Assembly (NCBI RefSeq): GCF_006345805.1
Contig: NC_043001.1
Span: 116,498,001-116,562,000 of the forward strand
Direction: 5' to 3'
DNA length: 64,000 nt
Origin: Octopus sinensis
Lineage: Eukaryota
Shown one piece after another: positions 38,114 through 51,461 of this stretch. The notes beneath the pieces were generated by a model. The model was given only the letters and a program-made list of their open reading frames with translations, did no database searches and was not told the origin of the DNA. Position numbers and translations under genes: made by a program. How positions within the stretch are numbered: position 1 is the first letter of the stretch; each line of letters starts with the position of its first letter.

Positions 38114-38985
38114 AAATGATGTTGAAAAAGTGACACACAGACTGACATGAAAGGGAAAGAGAAAGTAACAGAAATAATTCCTTAAGGATAGAAAAGGGGA
38201 GAAGTCAAGAGAACAGGTGTGCGTGCGTGCGTGCGTGCGTGTGTGTGTGTAGGAGTGTGCGTGTGTCTGTGTGCATGTGTGTACATGCCTCTACATACAT
38301 GTGTGCAGAAGCATGTGTTGTATACATGTGTGTGTATGTGTGCTTGTGTAAACATGAGCATATATATCAAACATGCATCTGCATGCATGTTTGATATATA
38401 TGCGTAAAGTTGTATGTGCATGCCAATGCATGTGCATATTTGTGCATGCATGTGTGTATGCATGTTTGTATGAGCAAGTGCAAGACCATGTGTGTGTGTG
38501 TTTGTGTGTGAGAGAGAGGGAAAGTGTGTCAAAATGTGAAATAAAGGGAAAGTAGCGGAGAAAAGATGAGTTGGGAGGAAAAAAAAGAGGGAAAAAAGTG
38601 ATTGGAAGACAGCTAGCAAGAGATAGATAGATAGATAGATAAAGAGAGAGAGAGAGAGAGACAGAGAGACAGAGGGAGAGACAGAGGGAGAGGGAGAGAG
38701 AGAACAGTGAGGGTAGCGGAATCAGGAAAGAGACTGGTGGTGGTAGCAGTGAGAGAAATACCAAGAATACTTGTAGCATGATCTGTCATGGTTGATCACA
38801 CTTTCCCCCCCCCGGTGGTGGTGGTGGCAAATGGTGATGGTTCTTGTTCATCCATGACTCACCAGCATGACTCCAGGAGACAAGAATGGTTAAAACAGGA
38901 ATTTCATGTCTTTTGTATAAAGCAGCTGAGGAATTCTGATGATAGTTTATTGAGTCCTGGTCTCATGTACCTATAAACTTTCAGA

Positions 38986-39022
<37 letters not shown>

Positions 39023-39219
39023 CCCTTATGCAGGATTCTAAATACTTGTAGTCTGTTGTGCTGCTTTTCTTGGAGGGGAAAAAATAGAAGAGGAAAGAAA
39101 CCAAGACGATAAAGAAATTTTAAAAAAAGGGATACTAAGGAAGAAAAGGAAAAGATTACAAAAGAAAATGAAGAAACAGGATAAAAGGAAAGTATTAAAT
39201 AGAAATGTTGGTGAGAGAG

Positions 39220-39414
39220 GAAAGAAAGAAAGAAAGAAAGAAAGAACGAAGGAAGGAAGGAAGGAAGGAAGGAAGGAAAAGGAAGGAAGGAAGGAAGGAA
39301 GGAAGGAAAGACAGAAAGAAAGAAAGGGAGGAAGGAAAAAAGAAAGAAAGAAAGAAAGAAGGAAAGAAAGAAAGGAGTGAAAGAAAGAAAGGAGTGAAAG
39401 AAAGAAAGGAGTGA

Positions 39415-39473
<59 letters not shown>

Positions 39474-39513
39474 GAGTGAAAGAAAGAAAGGAGTGAAAGA
39501 AAGAAAGGAGTGA

Positions 39514-39545
<32 letters not shown>

Positions 39546-39680
39546 GAGAAAGAAAGAAAGAAAGAAAGAGAGAAAGAAAGAAAGAAAGAAAGAAGTGAAA
39601 GAAAGAAAGGAGTGAAAGAAAGAAACAACAAACAAAGAAACAAAGAAACAAAGAAACAAAGAAACAAAGAAACAAAGAAA
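39220..39680. repeat. (GAAA)n/(GGAA)n with higher-order GAAAGAAAGGAGT units and (AAACAAAG)n
   Basis: Direct inspection. Confidence 0.95.
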
Positions 39681-40314
39681 GAAAGGAGTGAAAAGATGAA
39701 GGATGAACAAGAAAGAAAGAGGGATGAAAAAGGAAGAAAATGAAGGAACAGTAAAGGAGGAGAAAGAGGAGAAGGAAGTCAAGGAAGAGAAAGCAGAGGA
39801 GGAGAAGGCAGAAGAGGAGAAGACAGAGGAAGAGAAGGCAGTGAGGAGGAAGGGGGAAAAGGGAAGGTAGAAAAGAGAAGGAAGGTAGAATGAGGTGGGA
39901 GGAGTTGACTGAGGAGGAAGGGGAAAAGATGGTGGAGGAGGAAGAGTAGAATGAAGAAGAGGTGGAGGAGGAGGAAGGGTAGAATGAAAAAGAAGAGGTG
40001 GAGGAGAGGAAGAGAAAAGAAAGAAAAAAAGAAGCATGTTATATATTTGATATATTTCTTATAGTTCACATATTGCAGTCAGACCTTCATTACATTAAGG
40101 GTTATGAAAATGGGGCCTTGTGAAATAAATGTGTTGGGTTTAAGCACACATGAAGACAAACACACACACACACACAAACAGATACAGACACATATACACA
40201 TGAAGACATACAGATAAATACACATGCATATAGAAACATATATAGAAATGCATATACATCTATATACACATACATACATATTCTTTCAATCACCTAAATG
40301 AATACATACATAGA

Positions 40315-40469
40315 GAGAGAGATGGCTATGTGGTAAGAAGCTTGCTTTCTAACCGTAGGGTTCTGGCTTCAGTCCCACTGCATGGCACCTTGGGCAAGTA
40401 TCTTCTATAACCACAGACTGACCAAAGCCTTGTGAGTGGATTTGGTAGACAAAAACTGGAAGAAACCTG

Positions 40470-40472
<3 letters not shown>
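40315..40472 (+). mobile_element. SINE family A, 5' half only
   Basis: Head and CORE-like part, ending in the (TA)n that abuts the fold-back element. Confidence 0.75.
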
Positions 40473-40510
<38 letters not shown>

Positions 40511-40514
<4 letters not shown>

Positions 40515-40968
40515 CGCATATTTGCCATTTGAATATGGCTAACCCCTAAGGGTCGATGCTACTGTAGTTTGTAGCCCCAGGAAGATACCTCCTCCAGCTG
40601 GCTATAGACACACTTTCTGTGCCCTATCAGTATTTGTGAAGGGAAGTCATCCTTCCCGTCTTCAACTTATGATACACACGGACTCGAGTTTCAAGGTATT
40701 TACCTATCATCAGCGTGTGACAATCATAGTTGTCAACGAGAATTCAGTTTCCCTCACAAATACATATACTTTTTCCAGTGTCGATGACTTCCCTTCACAA
40801 ATACTGATAGGGCACAGAAAGTATGTCTATAGCCAGCTGGAGGAGGTGTCTTCCTGGGGCTACAAACTACAGTAGCATCCACCCTTAGGGGTTAGCCATA
40901 TTCAAATGGCAAATATGCGTCACGATGTGTTACCGCTACTGTTTATAACTCGCTCTGAGATTTATCAT
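40511..40968 (-). mobile_element. Fold-back, hammerhead-bearing element (Penelope-like or retrozyme-like) within (TA)n
   Basis: 141-bp inverted arms 40511-40651 and 40783-40923 (3 mismatches), 131-bp loop containing the hammerhead, about 45-bp unique tail; (TA)n on both sides. Confidence 0.85.
40663..40732 (-). ncRNA. Minimal type-I hammerhead ribozyme
   Basis: Minus strand CAACTATGAT TGT CACACG CTGATGA TAGGT AAAT ACCTT GAAA CTCGAG TC CGTGTG T ATCATAAGTTG; predicted GUC cleavage between 40681 and 40680. Confidence 0.88.
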
Positions 40969-41620
40969 TATATATATATATATATACACACACATATATA
41001 TACCATAATACATAGGGTAATAATAATTTATTATTACCCTATGTATTATGATATATATACACATATATATACCATAATACATAGGGTAATAATAAATTAC
41101 TATTACCAGTGGCCTAGCACAAAAAACGAATTAGTCATTAGACTATATATTATTCATATAGAAATACAATAGGAGGCTTCCAAATAGGGAAGCGTTGTGC
41201 TAGAATTTCTACATATATATACCATATATATGTGTGTGCATGTGTGTGTGTGCATGTGTGTGTGCGTGTGTGTGTGTGTGTGCATGTGTGTGTGTGTGTG
41301 CGTGTGTGTGTGTGTGTGTGCGTGTGTGTGTGTGTGTGCGTGTGTGTGTGTGTGTGTTCAACCATTGCTTGACAACTGGTATTGGTCTGTTTATGCCTCT
41401 GTAATTTAGTGGTTCAGCAAAAGGGACTGATAGAATAAGTGCCAGCCTTAAAAAAAAAAAAAGTAAGTTCTGGGGTTGATATATTCAAGGCAGTGCCCCC
41501 AACATGGCTGGGGCCGGGGCTAATGACTGAAACATGTAAAAAGTGAAAGAAATTAGAAAATCAGAGTAGCAATCGAATAAACCATCAGCTTCAAATGATT
41601 GAATAAACTCTACTGTGATA

Positions 41621-41841
41621 TACTCTTTTACTCTTTTACTTGTTTCAGTCAGTTGACTGCGGCCATGCTGGAGCACCACCTTTAGTCAAGCAAATCGACC
41701 CCAGGACTTATTCTTTGTAAGCCTAGTACTTATTCTATCAGTCTCTTTTGCTGAACCGCTATGTTACAGGGATGTAAACACACCAACATCGGTTGTCAAG
41801 CGATGATTGGGGGACAAACACAGACACACAAACATATACAC

Positions 41842-41881
<40 letters not shown>

Positions 41882-41968
41882 GACGGGCTTCTTTCAGTTT
41901 CCATCTACCAAATCCACTCACAAGGCTTTGGTCGGCCCGAGGCTATAATAGAAGACACTTGCCCAAGG
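41621..41968 (-). mobile_element. SINE family A (5'-truncated)
   Basis: Collinear with family A. Confidence 0.85.
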
Positions 41969-43379
41969 TGACTTTCAGATATTAAAGGTACTGGGCTTAC
42001 AACTTCAAGTGTAATTCTCATTTAAGCAACAAATCTCATTATAAAAACTTATGACATTGCATGAATTTGGATCAATTTGTAAGTCAAAAACATTGGTAAA
42101 ACATTTCATCAGAAATTGTCTTCCCAACCAGAATCTGATAGATATTTTTTGATATTTTAAAATACTTTTACTTCTGGATGGAATGTTGTGCTTTGTTTTC
42201 CTTTTATTCAAACTGCCGAATTTAGCCCAAACACTGTATAATTTGATCAGTAGGGGGTACGTATGACTGTGTAGTCTATGGTTTGATCCTATAAAACAAG
42301 AGTCTTCTGCCATGACTTCAAGTTGAAAAAAACGTCTTGAAAGAGAAATTTGGCAAGGAGCAACTATGTGGAAACTTGAAGGATGGATGGTCATATCTGT
42401 TCTTCAGTAGTAGACTATATTTGTGGCCAGATTTAACACTAAACACTAGGTCCTTGGTTACCTATACTAGAGTCACCTCTGTTGCAAGTATCTAAGCCAA
42501 ATTTCCAGTCTTAGGATAACTTCCACTATCCACCTACCTGTATCAGAGACCCTAAAAAGAATCATTATCCCTATCTTTTCTTCTCTGATTAAACCTTTAA
42601 AAAATTTTCCTTTTGATACTTCAGATTCAAAGTTAATCACCAACAGAATAGACTGAAGCAACCAAATAACAAACAGGAGAGAAACAACAAGTGTAACATG
42701 ACTTAGAAGAAATAATATAAATGCATAGGTAAATAAATAAGTAAATAAATAAATAAATAAATAAAAAAGAATGATTAAGATAACAAGCAAATAATCAAAA
42801 ACACTCACAAAATGCAAGATAAGTCAATATAATTTAATCAGACACTGAACAGAAAGTTTATTTTAACTGGTACGTTCTTTGAGGATACTCAGAGACTGTC
42901 CAAACATCTATCTTATGTTTTTCCGCCTACGTTACTGTTGTTCGTATGATACTAATCAATAATTATAATATAAAAGAAGAAAAAAAAAGGAAAAAAAAAC
43001 TGTTCATTTGAAAATTTCACTATAAAATTTCATATCATAGTCCTACCACACTGGAACGCTATAATGTTGGAAAGAGATAACTAACTGAATTTTGGCAGCT
43101 ATATTAGAAAGCTCCATTAATACCAACAAGACCTGATAAAAAAGAATCTTAGCAGCATCTTTAGTATTTTAGCTGTAATATCTTCCTTGGTCCCCACTCC
43201 TCATCAGTTAGGATAGTACTTCATTTCTGAAGAGTGTATGATAAGTGCTGTGTTTACAGGAATGCGTGCAAGAAAATGTATAAAGGTGTGTAGGACCATA
43301 CATACACATGTATATATGTATATATTTGTAGGTGTGTGTGTGTGTATGTACATATATACACAATTATACATGTATACAA

Positions 43380-43772
43380 GATAGGTGTGTATGTGTGTGC
43401 ATGTGTATATATTTATATATATATATATATATATATATAAATTATACAAGATAAGTGTGTGTCTGTGTGTGTATATATATATATATATAAAAGTATACAA
43501 GATAGGTGTGTATGTGTGTGTATATATTTACATATACATGCACACACATATATATATGCACACATACATATATTTACTTACATACACACACATGCATATA
43601 TAATACACAAATGTATACTCACAAGATACTCACACACACATGCAAACACACATATATACACATATATGGATGTTACATATATATATATATATATACATGC
43701 ATACACACACACACATATATATACACATATATACACACACATATATATACACATGCACACACACACACACAT

Positions 43773-43822
<50 letters not shown>
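43380..43822. repeat. Mixed (TA)n/(CA)n microsatellite
   Basis: Direct inspection. Confidence 0.95.
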
Positions 43823-44892
43823 TTAACAAAATATGTACGCGAATTTATGAGTGTAAATATGTATAAGCTTGTCCATATATGATGCTTTGAAGTAAGTATG
43901 GCCTAATCCTCTACCAGCTGGAACCTGTATAAGTGTACGAGATCAGCATGCATGTGTCATATGCTTACATACATATATGCATACATATATACACACATGT
44001 GCCCATATATATATAGAATTAGCTTACATTTCTATGTCTGTCTACATGCATCTGCTATACAGATTTCATTTCTGAGTCATTTCACCTAACCTAGTGTTCT
44101 GTCCTACTGTACTCTGTCTGGTAAGCTCACTTAGCCATGACACACTACATAAAAATTAGCTTACTGACCCAAAATTGGTTCCAGGACAATTTCACAACAT
44201 CAAAGGTAACACACACACACACACACACTAACATGTTTGTGTGTGTGAGTATGTGAGTGTATGGGTGTATGCTTGTGGCTGTGGTTAAGGAGTTCGTTTT
44301 GCAACCACATGGGTTTTGAGTTCAGTTCCAGTATGCAACATGCTGGCAAATGTCTTCTGCTGTAAATGCAGGTTTGACGAAAAATAAAATCTTGGAAGCT
44401 GGAAACAGAAAACTAGCAGTGTGTGTGTGTGTGTTGTAGGGAGTGGGGTGACATCACATGCTACATGTGAAAAAAAACAAAGCCTCACAATCATACATGT
44501 AGTGTCACTCATTTGCAATTTCCCATGAAATCATGTCTAGTAAAATGTTGGTTATGTTCGACGGACTAGGGGTAACATCGTTCTTGGAAACAGATATGCA
44601 TTAGCAACAAGAACAGCATCCAGCCATAGAAAATCTCCCCCAATGAATTCCATTTAACTCATACAAGCATGGAAAAGATGACATTAAAGTGGTGGTGGTG
44701 GTGGCAGTGGTGATGATAATCTCACACAAACACATACTGTACATATTTCAACTTTAGAAAAGATACTCTGCATCCCTTGCTTGCCATAAGAGTTGGCTAA
44801 AAGGGTTGGTGACAGGAAAGGCAACTGTTTGTAAAATAATAGATTGAAAATCTGTTTGCTTTCTTATGCATACTAGCATGAGAAAGCAAAGA

Positions 44893-44966
44893 GATGATGA
44901 TGATGACAATGACCATGATGACGATGACAACAACGATGGTGATGATGATGACAATGACCATGATGA

Positions 44967-44998
<32 letters not shown>

Positions 44999-45043
44999 AT
45001 GATGATGATGATGATGATGATGGTGATGGTGATGGTGATGATG
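44893..45043. repeat. (GAT)n/(GGT)n microsatellite
   Basis: Direct inspection. Confidence 0.9.
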
Positions 45044-45125
45044 ATACGCATTTTAATTTCTGAATGGTATCTGAGTCCCAACCAGATTGAACAAATGGAA
45101 ACTTTTTATCATGTCACAACACAGT

Positions 45126-45480
45126 TGCAGGCATGGTTGTGTGGTAAGAAACTTGCTTCCCAACCACATGGTTCTGGGTTCAGTCCCACTGCATGGCACC
45201 TTGGGCAAATGTCTTTTACTACAGCTTTGGGTCAACCAAAGCCTTCTGAGTGGATTTGGTAGACATAAACTGAAAAAAGTTGTGTATGTGTGTGTGTCTT
45301 TGTGTTTGTGTTAGTCCCCCAGCAGTGCTTGACAACTGGTGTTGTTGTGTTTGCATCTCCTTAACTAAGCACTATGGCAAAAGAGATAGAATAAGAACTA
45401 TGCTTAAAAAAAAAAAGTCCTGGGGTCAACTTGTTCAACTGAAATTCTTCAAAGCGATACCCCAGTATGGCCACAGTTTA
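45126..45480 (+). mobile_element. SINE family A (diverged)
   Basis: Collinear with family A. Confidence 0.78.
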
Positions 45481-46269
45481 ACCCTTTAGCATTTAAATTG
45501 GCCTTATAAAACCAGAATATTCTACCTGTTTTATGTTCAAACTGGCCAGATCTAGCCTCTCACACCAGCCCTATAATATCATTCTAAAAATTAACAGTTA
45601 CCTCATCAAAATCTCGAAGCTCCAAAATAAAGCACGATTAATTTAAAACAACGTGAATAAGTATTCTTTTTGACAGAATAATGTGAATGCTGTACTTGAT
45701 AAGACATGTCTAAGTAAAAATCATGGTTTTCCACACATGCAGGCTTGTCTTTCAGGTGCCAGTGCCACTTGAAAAGCACCTGTGCCAGTGCTGCATTCAT
45801 GCACCCATGCATACATACCCAGGTCTTTCACCACATACTCGCACTCTTTAATCACACTCCCTTCACAATATCCTGCCACTTGTATTATGGTACTTGAACC
45901 TCAAGGGTATGCCCTGGCACTTGCCACCCTCTATATCTTTCTCTTCCTTTACTCAACCATCCCATTTATATTCTGATCTCCATTCCTTATAAGTATGCCC
46001 GACATTTTGCCACCATCTCTATCCTGCTATCTCCCACTCTCTCTCCTTCTCTTGCACTTCCCTCAGGTTGAGTAACCATGTATTTCCTTCGTGGTAGCAC
46101 ACCTGTTTGTCTTAATTCCTGATCTTTCTCTCTCTGGCCAGGTAACCTTGTACTTCCTCTACAGCAAAACACCTGTTTCTGTCTCACTATAACCTTTTCA
46201 TCATCCTACAAAAGATCACCTCCTCCAATGCTTCCTCCCCTCTTGAAAGTTTTTTCTTTTTTTTTCTTG

Positions 46270-46785
46270 CAAGTGATGACCCTGTCAGTGCAGGTGCCAC
46301 TTAAAAGCACCCAGTTCACTCTGTAAAGTGGTTGGTATTCAGAAGGGCATCCAGTTGTAAAAACCTTGCCAAAATGGATCTTACCTGTGCTTGTGCCATG
46401 TAAAAAGCACCAAGTCCACTCAACTGAGTGGTTGGTGTTAGGAAGGGCATCCAGCAGAAAAAATCCTACCAAAACCGTCACAGAAGTCTGGTGCAGGCTT
46501 TGGCTTGGCCAGCTCTTGCAAAACCATCCCACCCATACTAGTATGGAAGTTGAACATTAGACAATGATGATGATGCTGATGCTGCATAAATGCACCCATG
46601 CCAGTGGCATGTAGAAAGCACCCAGTACACTCTGTTAAGTGGTAGGAAGGGCATCAAGTCACAGAAACCATGCCACAACAGAATCTGGCTATCCTCCCTG
46701 ATAGGCAGCTCTATGCCAAACCATCCAACCCATGCCAGCATGGAAAACAGATGCTAAACAATGATGATAATGATGATGATTACTA
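46270..46785 (+). mobile_element. Two to three adjacent RTE 3'-tail copies
   Basis: Repeated AAAAGCACC...GTGGTTGG..TTAGGAAGGGCATCCAG, with (GAT)n tails at about 46565 and 46765. Confidence 0.75.
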
Positions 46786-47454
46786 AAAGGGTTAAAGACT
46801 GAAACATGTTAAAGGTAACATACATTATGACATGGCACCCCCACCCCCCACCATCAATCAAATGACTCACTCGGTGGATAAATGTATTGAGCAATCGAGT
46901 TCATATTTCATCGCAAATAGATCATAACCTCGCACAGGACACGTATTTCTATTTGCTCCAACTTGGGGGAAAAAAAAAGAGAAAAATTAGGATTGGCAGA
47001 GCTCTAATTACTATTAAGTATTAATGTGCCAAGTTCTGATTACCTACTTGTGTGATTATATATACAGATATGTGTATATGTACATGCATATCCACAATTA
47101 CACACACACAATTGATAGGTTCTGTAATATCATTGTATTTCTGTTACATAAATGTAAATTTAAACATCCAACCACTTGAAGACAGACACTACTCCATTAA
47201 CCATTGCAACCAGCAATTCTTTCATATGAACCGTTTCAAAGTTAGCTATAGCTTTCTTCTCGATAAGAAAAGGCACCATCACACAGAAGCCAACAAGACA
47301 CTTGCTGCAGAGGCAGAAACATCAATGCATGCCTTTTCGACCAGTTATGCAAAGCTGAATAGAGAATGTGTGAAACCTCAGCTACATCTTCAAATTAACA
47401 AAAGGTACATTTAAAAGACACAGCTTCAACTATACTTTATCATTTAGCAATTTT

Positions 47455-47670
47455 TGTTTTTTATTTCAGTCATTGGACTGTGCCCATGCTGGGGCCTGCC
47501 TTGAAGAATTTAGTTAAATTGCCCCCAGTACTTACTTTTAAGTCTGGTACTTATTCTATTGGTCTCTTTTGCTGAACTGCTAAGTTACAGGGATGTAAAC
47601 AAGCTAACACCATCAAGTGGTGGTGGTGGGTAAATACTGAGACACACATATACATATATGCACATGTATG

Positions 47671-47701
<31 letters not shown>

Positions 47702-47790
47702 TACACACAAAATGAGCTTCCCTACAGTTTCTGTCAACCAAATTTCCTCAAGGCATAGCTCAGCTTTGGGCTATAGTAGAAGACACTCGC
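47455..47790 (-). mobile_element. SINE family A (diverged, truncated)
   Basis: Collinear with family A. Confidence 0.7.
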
Positions 47791-48739
47791 ACAAGAATAT
47801 TAAAAATTATTTTATTATAGTTTACAAATAACACTTTACTTATTTAAGTAGAATTTGGCTAATTTACTACATTAAATACAGAAAAAAGTGACTAATTAGA
47901 CAAACTTACAAATTAGCTGAACAGTTTTGTACAATAAATTTAAAAGATGAGAACTGCTAAAAGTGAAAAATTAGAAGAACTGGCAGTCTTTGCTGCAATA
48001 TTTTAAGTAAAAAGTTTCTTATTCTCTACTTTACTAGAAGTAATAGCTTGTCCTATACTTTTACAGGTTTATAATCTTAAGAATATTACTTTCTATGCTC
48101 GCATTTTTCCATATAATAATGAATGTTGGTGCACATTGTGAATGTGGTTTTATCTATTGTCGATTTTTACAGGTAAATAAATAAGGTGCAATATGACACG
48201 ACAAAGATTAAGTTATCTTACCTTTTACATGCTTTTTATATTTGAATATATTTTACGTGAAATGAGACTAAGTATAGAGGACAAACATTGAGTTTACTTG
48301 TGAGTCATAGAAACTGAAATTACATAATTACAGGTAAGAAAAGAAAACTTAATTTGATACATTGGTGCAGGTGTGGCTGGGTGATTGTGAAGTTTGCTTC
48401 CCACCTATACGATTTTAGGTACAAAGTATCTTCTAAAATATCCTTGTGCCAACCAAAACTTTGTGAGTGAATCTTACAGATGGAAACATGCCAGTGATTC
48501 TTGAGGTGTCTTGTCCACAGACAAACAAACAAACATGACTGAAAACAATACCTCTGCCTTCACTAAGGTGGAGGTGATAAAGTTGTGCTATGTACTGTAT
48601 TCTTTCTTTGTCTTCTTAAGCTAATATGAGCATTTCTCTCATGGTCACAACTGTAGTATAGCTTATTTCTAATAGAACATCCATGTTTAAGTAGGGATAA
48701 ATATTACTTCTTGGTTTTAATATTGTGTTTCTGTTGCTT

Positions 48740-49045
<306 letters not shown>

Positions 49046-49458
49046 ACACACACTGACATGCACACAGGAGTACGTCTATGTTTGCGAGTAAATTATCAAG
49101 ATATATTTTGAAAGATTATGCATTTGATCTCCAAACGAAACAAAATCAATTACTTCAAAGAGAAGCAGTATAATTCAAAAATATTTTTCTCTTTGTCATT
49201 GCAACAACTAACAGCAAAAACCATTCCAGAATGCTGACCAGAGATCAATATTTGGGAATATCATATACAATATTCTCTAGTTTTTCTCTAGTTTTTGTAT
49301 TCTCTAGTTTTTCAGCAGTAATAAAACACTTCCCGGATATGATCAATATATTTAGGGATAAGAATATATATATCATTTGTTCAGTTTTACACCAGTTTTT
49401 CCATACCAGCATGGGTTAGATGAGTATATTAATGAGGCATTCTTTTACACCCAGATGC

Positions 49459-49630
49459 TACACTCATGGAGTGGTTGGCGTTAGGAAGGGCATCCAGCTG
49501 TAGAAACACTGCCAGATCTGACTGGCCTGGTGCAGCCTTCGGGCTTCCCAGACCCCAGTTGAACCGTCCAACCCATGCTAGCATGGAAAGCGGACGCTAA
49601 ACGATGACGATGATGATGATGATGATGATG
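49459..49630 (+). mobile_element. Young RTE 3'-tail copy
   Basis: CpG-retaining tail ending in (GAT)n. Confidence 0.85.
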
Positions 49631-50212
49631 CCCTCCCTGCAGTTAACTCTTCCCTGTTTAAGAAATGAGGACTTTCTTGTTTCACACATCTTGGAAGATA
49701 CTAAGCTAACAGATAACAATGTTACAGCTTCTAACTCACTGATTTTTCAAGAGGTACCAATGTAAACAAACACACACACACACAATAGACATCTATGTGT
49801 AGTGACTTCATCCATCAGCTTCAACATATGGAAGGAAGATGTAGAAAAACAGAAGACAAAGTGAAGACTGGTCTCAAGATGCCAAGCCTAACCGAAGATA
49901 TGACATAGGTGACACAGTTCTAGAGAAAACCTGAACTCTTGAGCAAGAAAATGGTAAAACAGGTGAAATAATAATGACTAGAAGGCTCTTGTTGCACTCC
50001 TCCTCTCTCTCCCTGCCTCTCTTTCACTGATTCTCTTTCTACAGATTCACCTCTTTGATACTTCCCCCCTCCCTCTCTCTCTCCCTCCCCCCTCCCTCTC
50101 TTTATCACACACCCCTCACTTCCTCAATCCCAAACTTCAATTGCTCATATTATCCAATATAAGATAGGATAGTTCTGAATCTCCCCAACTCAATTCCTTT
50201 GATTTATCCTCA

Positions 50213-50268
<56 letters not shown>

Positions 50269-51461
50269 TTCTCTCTCTCACTCTCATCTTCATTAACCTC
50301 TGACACTACTCTTTCTTTTACATTATTCCCCACTCCTGTTTCTTCTGTCACCCTCTCTCTTCTGCCAGCTTTTCACAATAATAAATCTGTTCCTCCCAAC
50401 ATATTTCAGTTTCTTTTAACATCACAAGCTTAGCTTATGTCATCATCATCCTCTCTTCTTTCTTCTTTCTTTCTCTCTCTCTCCCACAGTCCTGGGGCTC
50501 TAAAAATCTTGCAAATTACAAGGCAACTTCACTAGCACTGTAATAATAAAATGTACTCAAAACACTCTGTAAAGCAGTGGATGAATCAATCTGACACAAC
50601 AAATGGTCAAGAGGACTTCTTAGTCTTTCTGAGAGCTGGACAATTTCTCTAGTGCAAATACATTAAGAAAATACAAGTGGTGGACCCTGGTGGACCCTGG
50701 TGGACCCTGGTGGACCCCTCTGTCATAAACAACAGATGAGTGTTATGCAACTTCTTTTTGAACCATTTGCACAAAGAATTTGTTTATAATGATCAAATGT
50801 TTGTGCTGTACATTAGCTTACTTCCTCTATCAAATTGACATTGACTGTACATATATACAGTGTGCCACATGTCAAAGTGACCACTGAGCAACAGGAAATG
50901 AAATGTTTTGCTCAAGAACACTACGCGCTGCTTAACCTGGGACTGAAAACCATGATCTTGTGACCATAAAGGCAACCTTTGAGCCACTAGGCCACACAGC
51001 TTTACTAGAGCTAATACATGCAGTACCCTGTGTAAAGTGGTTAGCATTAGGAAGGGCAACCTGCTGTAGAAACTTTACCAAAAGTGAGACATTTGAACAA
51101 GACATTGTTCTTTGAACTATTTAAGAGGGTAATAGCTCACAAAGAGAATTGACGCAGGCAGTGATGACCCATCCAGCCTACCAACATGGAAAGTAGAGTT
51201 GAAAATGACGAAGATAAAGCTGCATCCAGATTTGATCCCACTGCCCACGTTTCACTAACTCCTACCACAGCCTTGAGAATAAAATCCAACACTGCTAATT
51301 TCTCACTATGTACAATCTTTCAGGTAGATGAATGATTACACATAAAGAGATACTGAGTAATGATAGAGTGAATTAAGGCAGAGTAGAGGGGAAAAACAGA
51401 TTTACACAGAAAGAGAAGTGTACAGACAGACAGACGGACAGACTGAATTACATAAGTAAGT

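Noticed and set aside
37657-40069. Long ORFs (up to 280 aa) rich in F/L/S/K/E/R
   Set aside because: They are translations of (GAA)n/(GAAA)n purine tracts with no stop codons in several frames; no splice or composition support.
42005-42394. 129-aa minus-strand ORF
   Set aside because: The central part matches the transposon end at 34690-34750; no convincing splice sites.
43160-43215. CTGATGAGG on the minus strand as a hammerhead
   Set aside because: No GAAA after a proper helix II and no helix I pairing; at best a heavily decayed relic.
43204-43882. HT/YI/CV-repeat ORFs (also 48616-49111, 59155-59785)
   Set aside because: Dinucleotide microsatellite translations.
44797-45262. Poly-Asp/Met/Ile ORFs
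   Set aside because: (GAT)n microsatellite plus a SINE head.
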